From Geosiphon pyriformis uo1 (taxonomy: Eukaryota; Fungi; Glomeromycota): 64,000 nt of DNA. How positions within the stretch are numbered: position 1 is the stretch's first letter; each line of letters begins with the position of its first letter. Shown here in pieces: positions 62,900 through 64,000 of the stretch. The position numbers were made by a program, and so were the translations under genes. The stretch is taken from the NCBI GenBank assembly GCA_016748015.1, contig JAAOMT010000034.1, forward strand, positions 592,161 through 656,160, given 5' to 3'. The notes under the pieces were generated by a model. That model saw nothing but the letters and a program-made list of their open reading frames with translations, made no database searches and had not been told where the DNA came from.

Positions 62900-64000
62900 A
62901 TGAACATACAAAAATATCAACAACTTCAACATTATATAAACACTCAACAGTTCAAGGAGAATTTATCTCAAATGGAATGAAAGAATATCAAACAACAATC
63001 AAAATATTTTATCACTTACCAAAATATACTTTATCAGAAAAATAGAAAAGATCCAGATCAACCAACCAGAGTAATTACAGAGCCAGAAAAAGAGACAATA
63101 TTATTCAACATGCATTCAAATCCAACAGCAGGACATTTTCATAAAGAAGCAATCATAGAAAAAACCAGAAAAAGATACTATTGGCCATCAATATATCCAG
63201 ACATTATTCAATATGTTCAAAATTGTGATGCTTGTCAGCAAAGAGGAGGTACAAAACCCAGTGAACTGTTAAGACCAATCAAAGTAGGACAACCATTCGA
63301 CTATATTGGAATTGATTTAATCAGACCATTAACAATCACCAGTGGAGGAAACAAATATATAGCAGTAGCCATGGACTATCACACTAAATGGCCAGAGGCA
63401 AAAGCAATTCAAAAAGCGGATGCAGAATCTATTGCCGAATTCATTCATCAAGATTTGATCTGTCAACATGGATGTCCAAAAGAATTATTATCAGACCAAG
63501 AAACTTGTTTTGTGAACAAAACATTAACAGAATTGAGCCAAAGATTCGGAATTAAGAGGCCACTATTATCACCATACCATCCACAAACCAACGGATTAGT
63601 CGAAAGATTCAACAAAACATTGTGTAAAGCAATAGCTAAACTCAGCCAAGAAAACCAGAATGATTGGAATTTGTTGATACCATCAGTACTATTTGCTTAT
63701 TGGACAATGAAGCAAAATACTACACAAGCAACACTATTTGAATTAGTATATGGTAGAACAGCAACACTACCAGTGGAAATAGAAGTCAGCACATACCCAA
63801 CCAAACCAATAACAGAAGAGAATTTCAAAAATACATTGTTGAAAAGAACATATGATTTAATGAAAACATTAGAAAACAAATGACGAAGAGTAGCTGATAA
63901 CATACAAAAGTCACAAAAGAAACAAAAAGAAATACATGATAACCAACTACCAGATAAACCAGTTAAATTTAGGATTGGAGACAAAGTATTACTACATCAT
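62900..64000 (+). pseudogene. Integrase of element C
   Basis: ORF 63110-63883 with HHCC and rve core (GIDLI, LLSDQ, HPQTNGLVERFN). Confidence 0.9.

Larger units (their letters stand above)
55668..64000 (+). mobile_element. Family-3 dUTPase-Gypsy element C, inserted in the 3' LTR of B, running off the window
   Basis: 5' LTR 55668-56547, PBS tggtgctccctgtga at 56550; the gag, PR, dUTPase, RT and RH fragments from 56610 to 62837 all fall in one frame (with C>T-type stops); integrase from ATG 62900. Confidence 0.93.

Noticed and set aside
1-64000. Alternative genetic code to explain the many in-frame stops
   Set aside because: Stop positions differ between copies and derive from CAA/CAG/CGA/TGG; the two host genes read cleanly in the standard code.

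Overview
Eukaryotic, very AT-rich fungal DNA. It is most consistent with Glomeromycota; the Gypsy and LINE sequences resemble what I recall from Geosiphon pyriformis (inference, not a search result). A ~12 kb CpG-retaining island carries two convergent intron-rich genes: importin-11/Kap120 (+, 18649-23687, with one AT-AC minor intron) and FANCI (-, 30551-24172). The rest is decayed transposons: a LINE (APE-RT-RNaseH), a hAT element carrying a young Tc1/mariner deletion derivative, and three families of Ty3/Gypsy-type LTR elements (TGTTA...TAACA ends, 4-bp TSDs) nested four levels deep from 35 kb onward. The most unusual signal is the architecture of these LTR elements. Family 3 has gag-PR-[Zn-finger cassette]-dUTPase-RT-RH, then a stop, then an integrase ORF with its own ATG in another frame. 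A conserved third ORF of unknown function sits at the env position in all three families. Family 3 also has an AUG-less gag N-terminus and a U5 anti-PBS hairpin. The repeats show pervasive C>T/G>A erosion, also outside CpG, that spares the genes and their introns (RIP-like).
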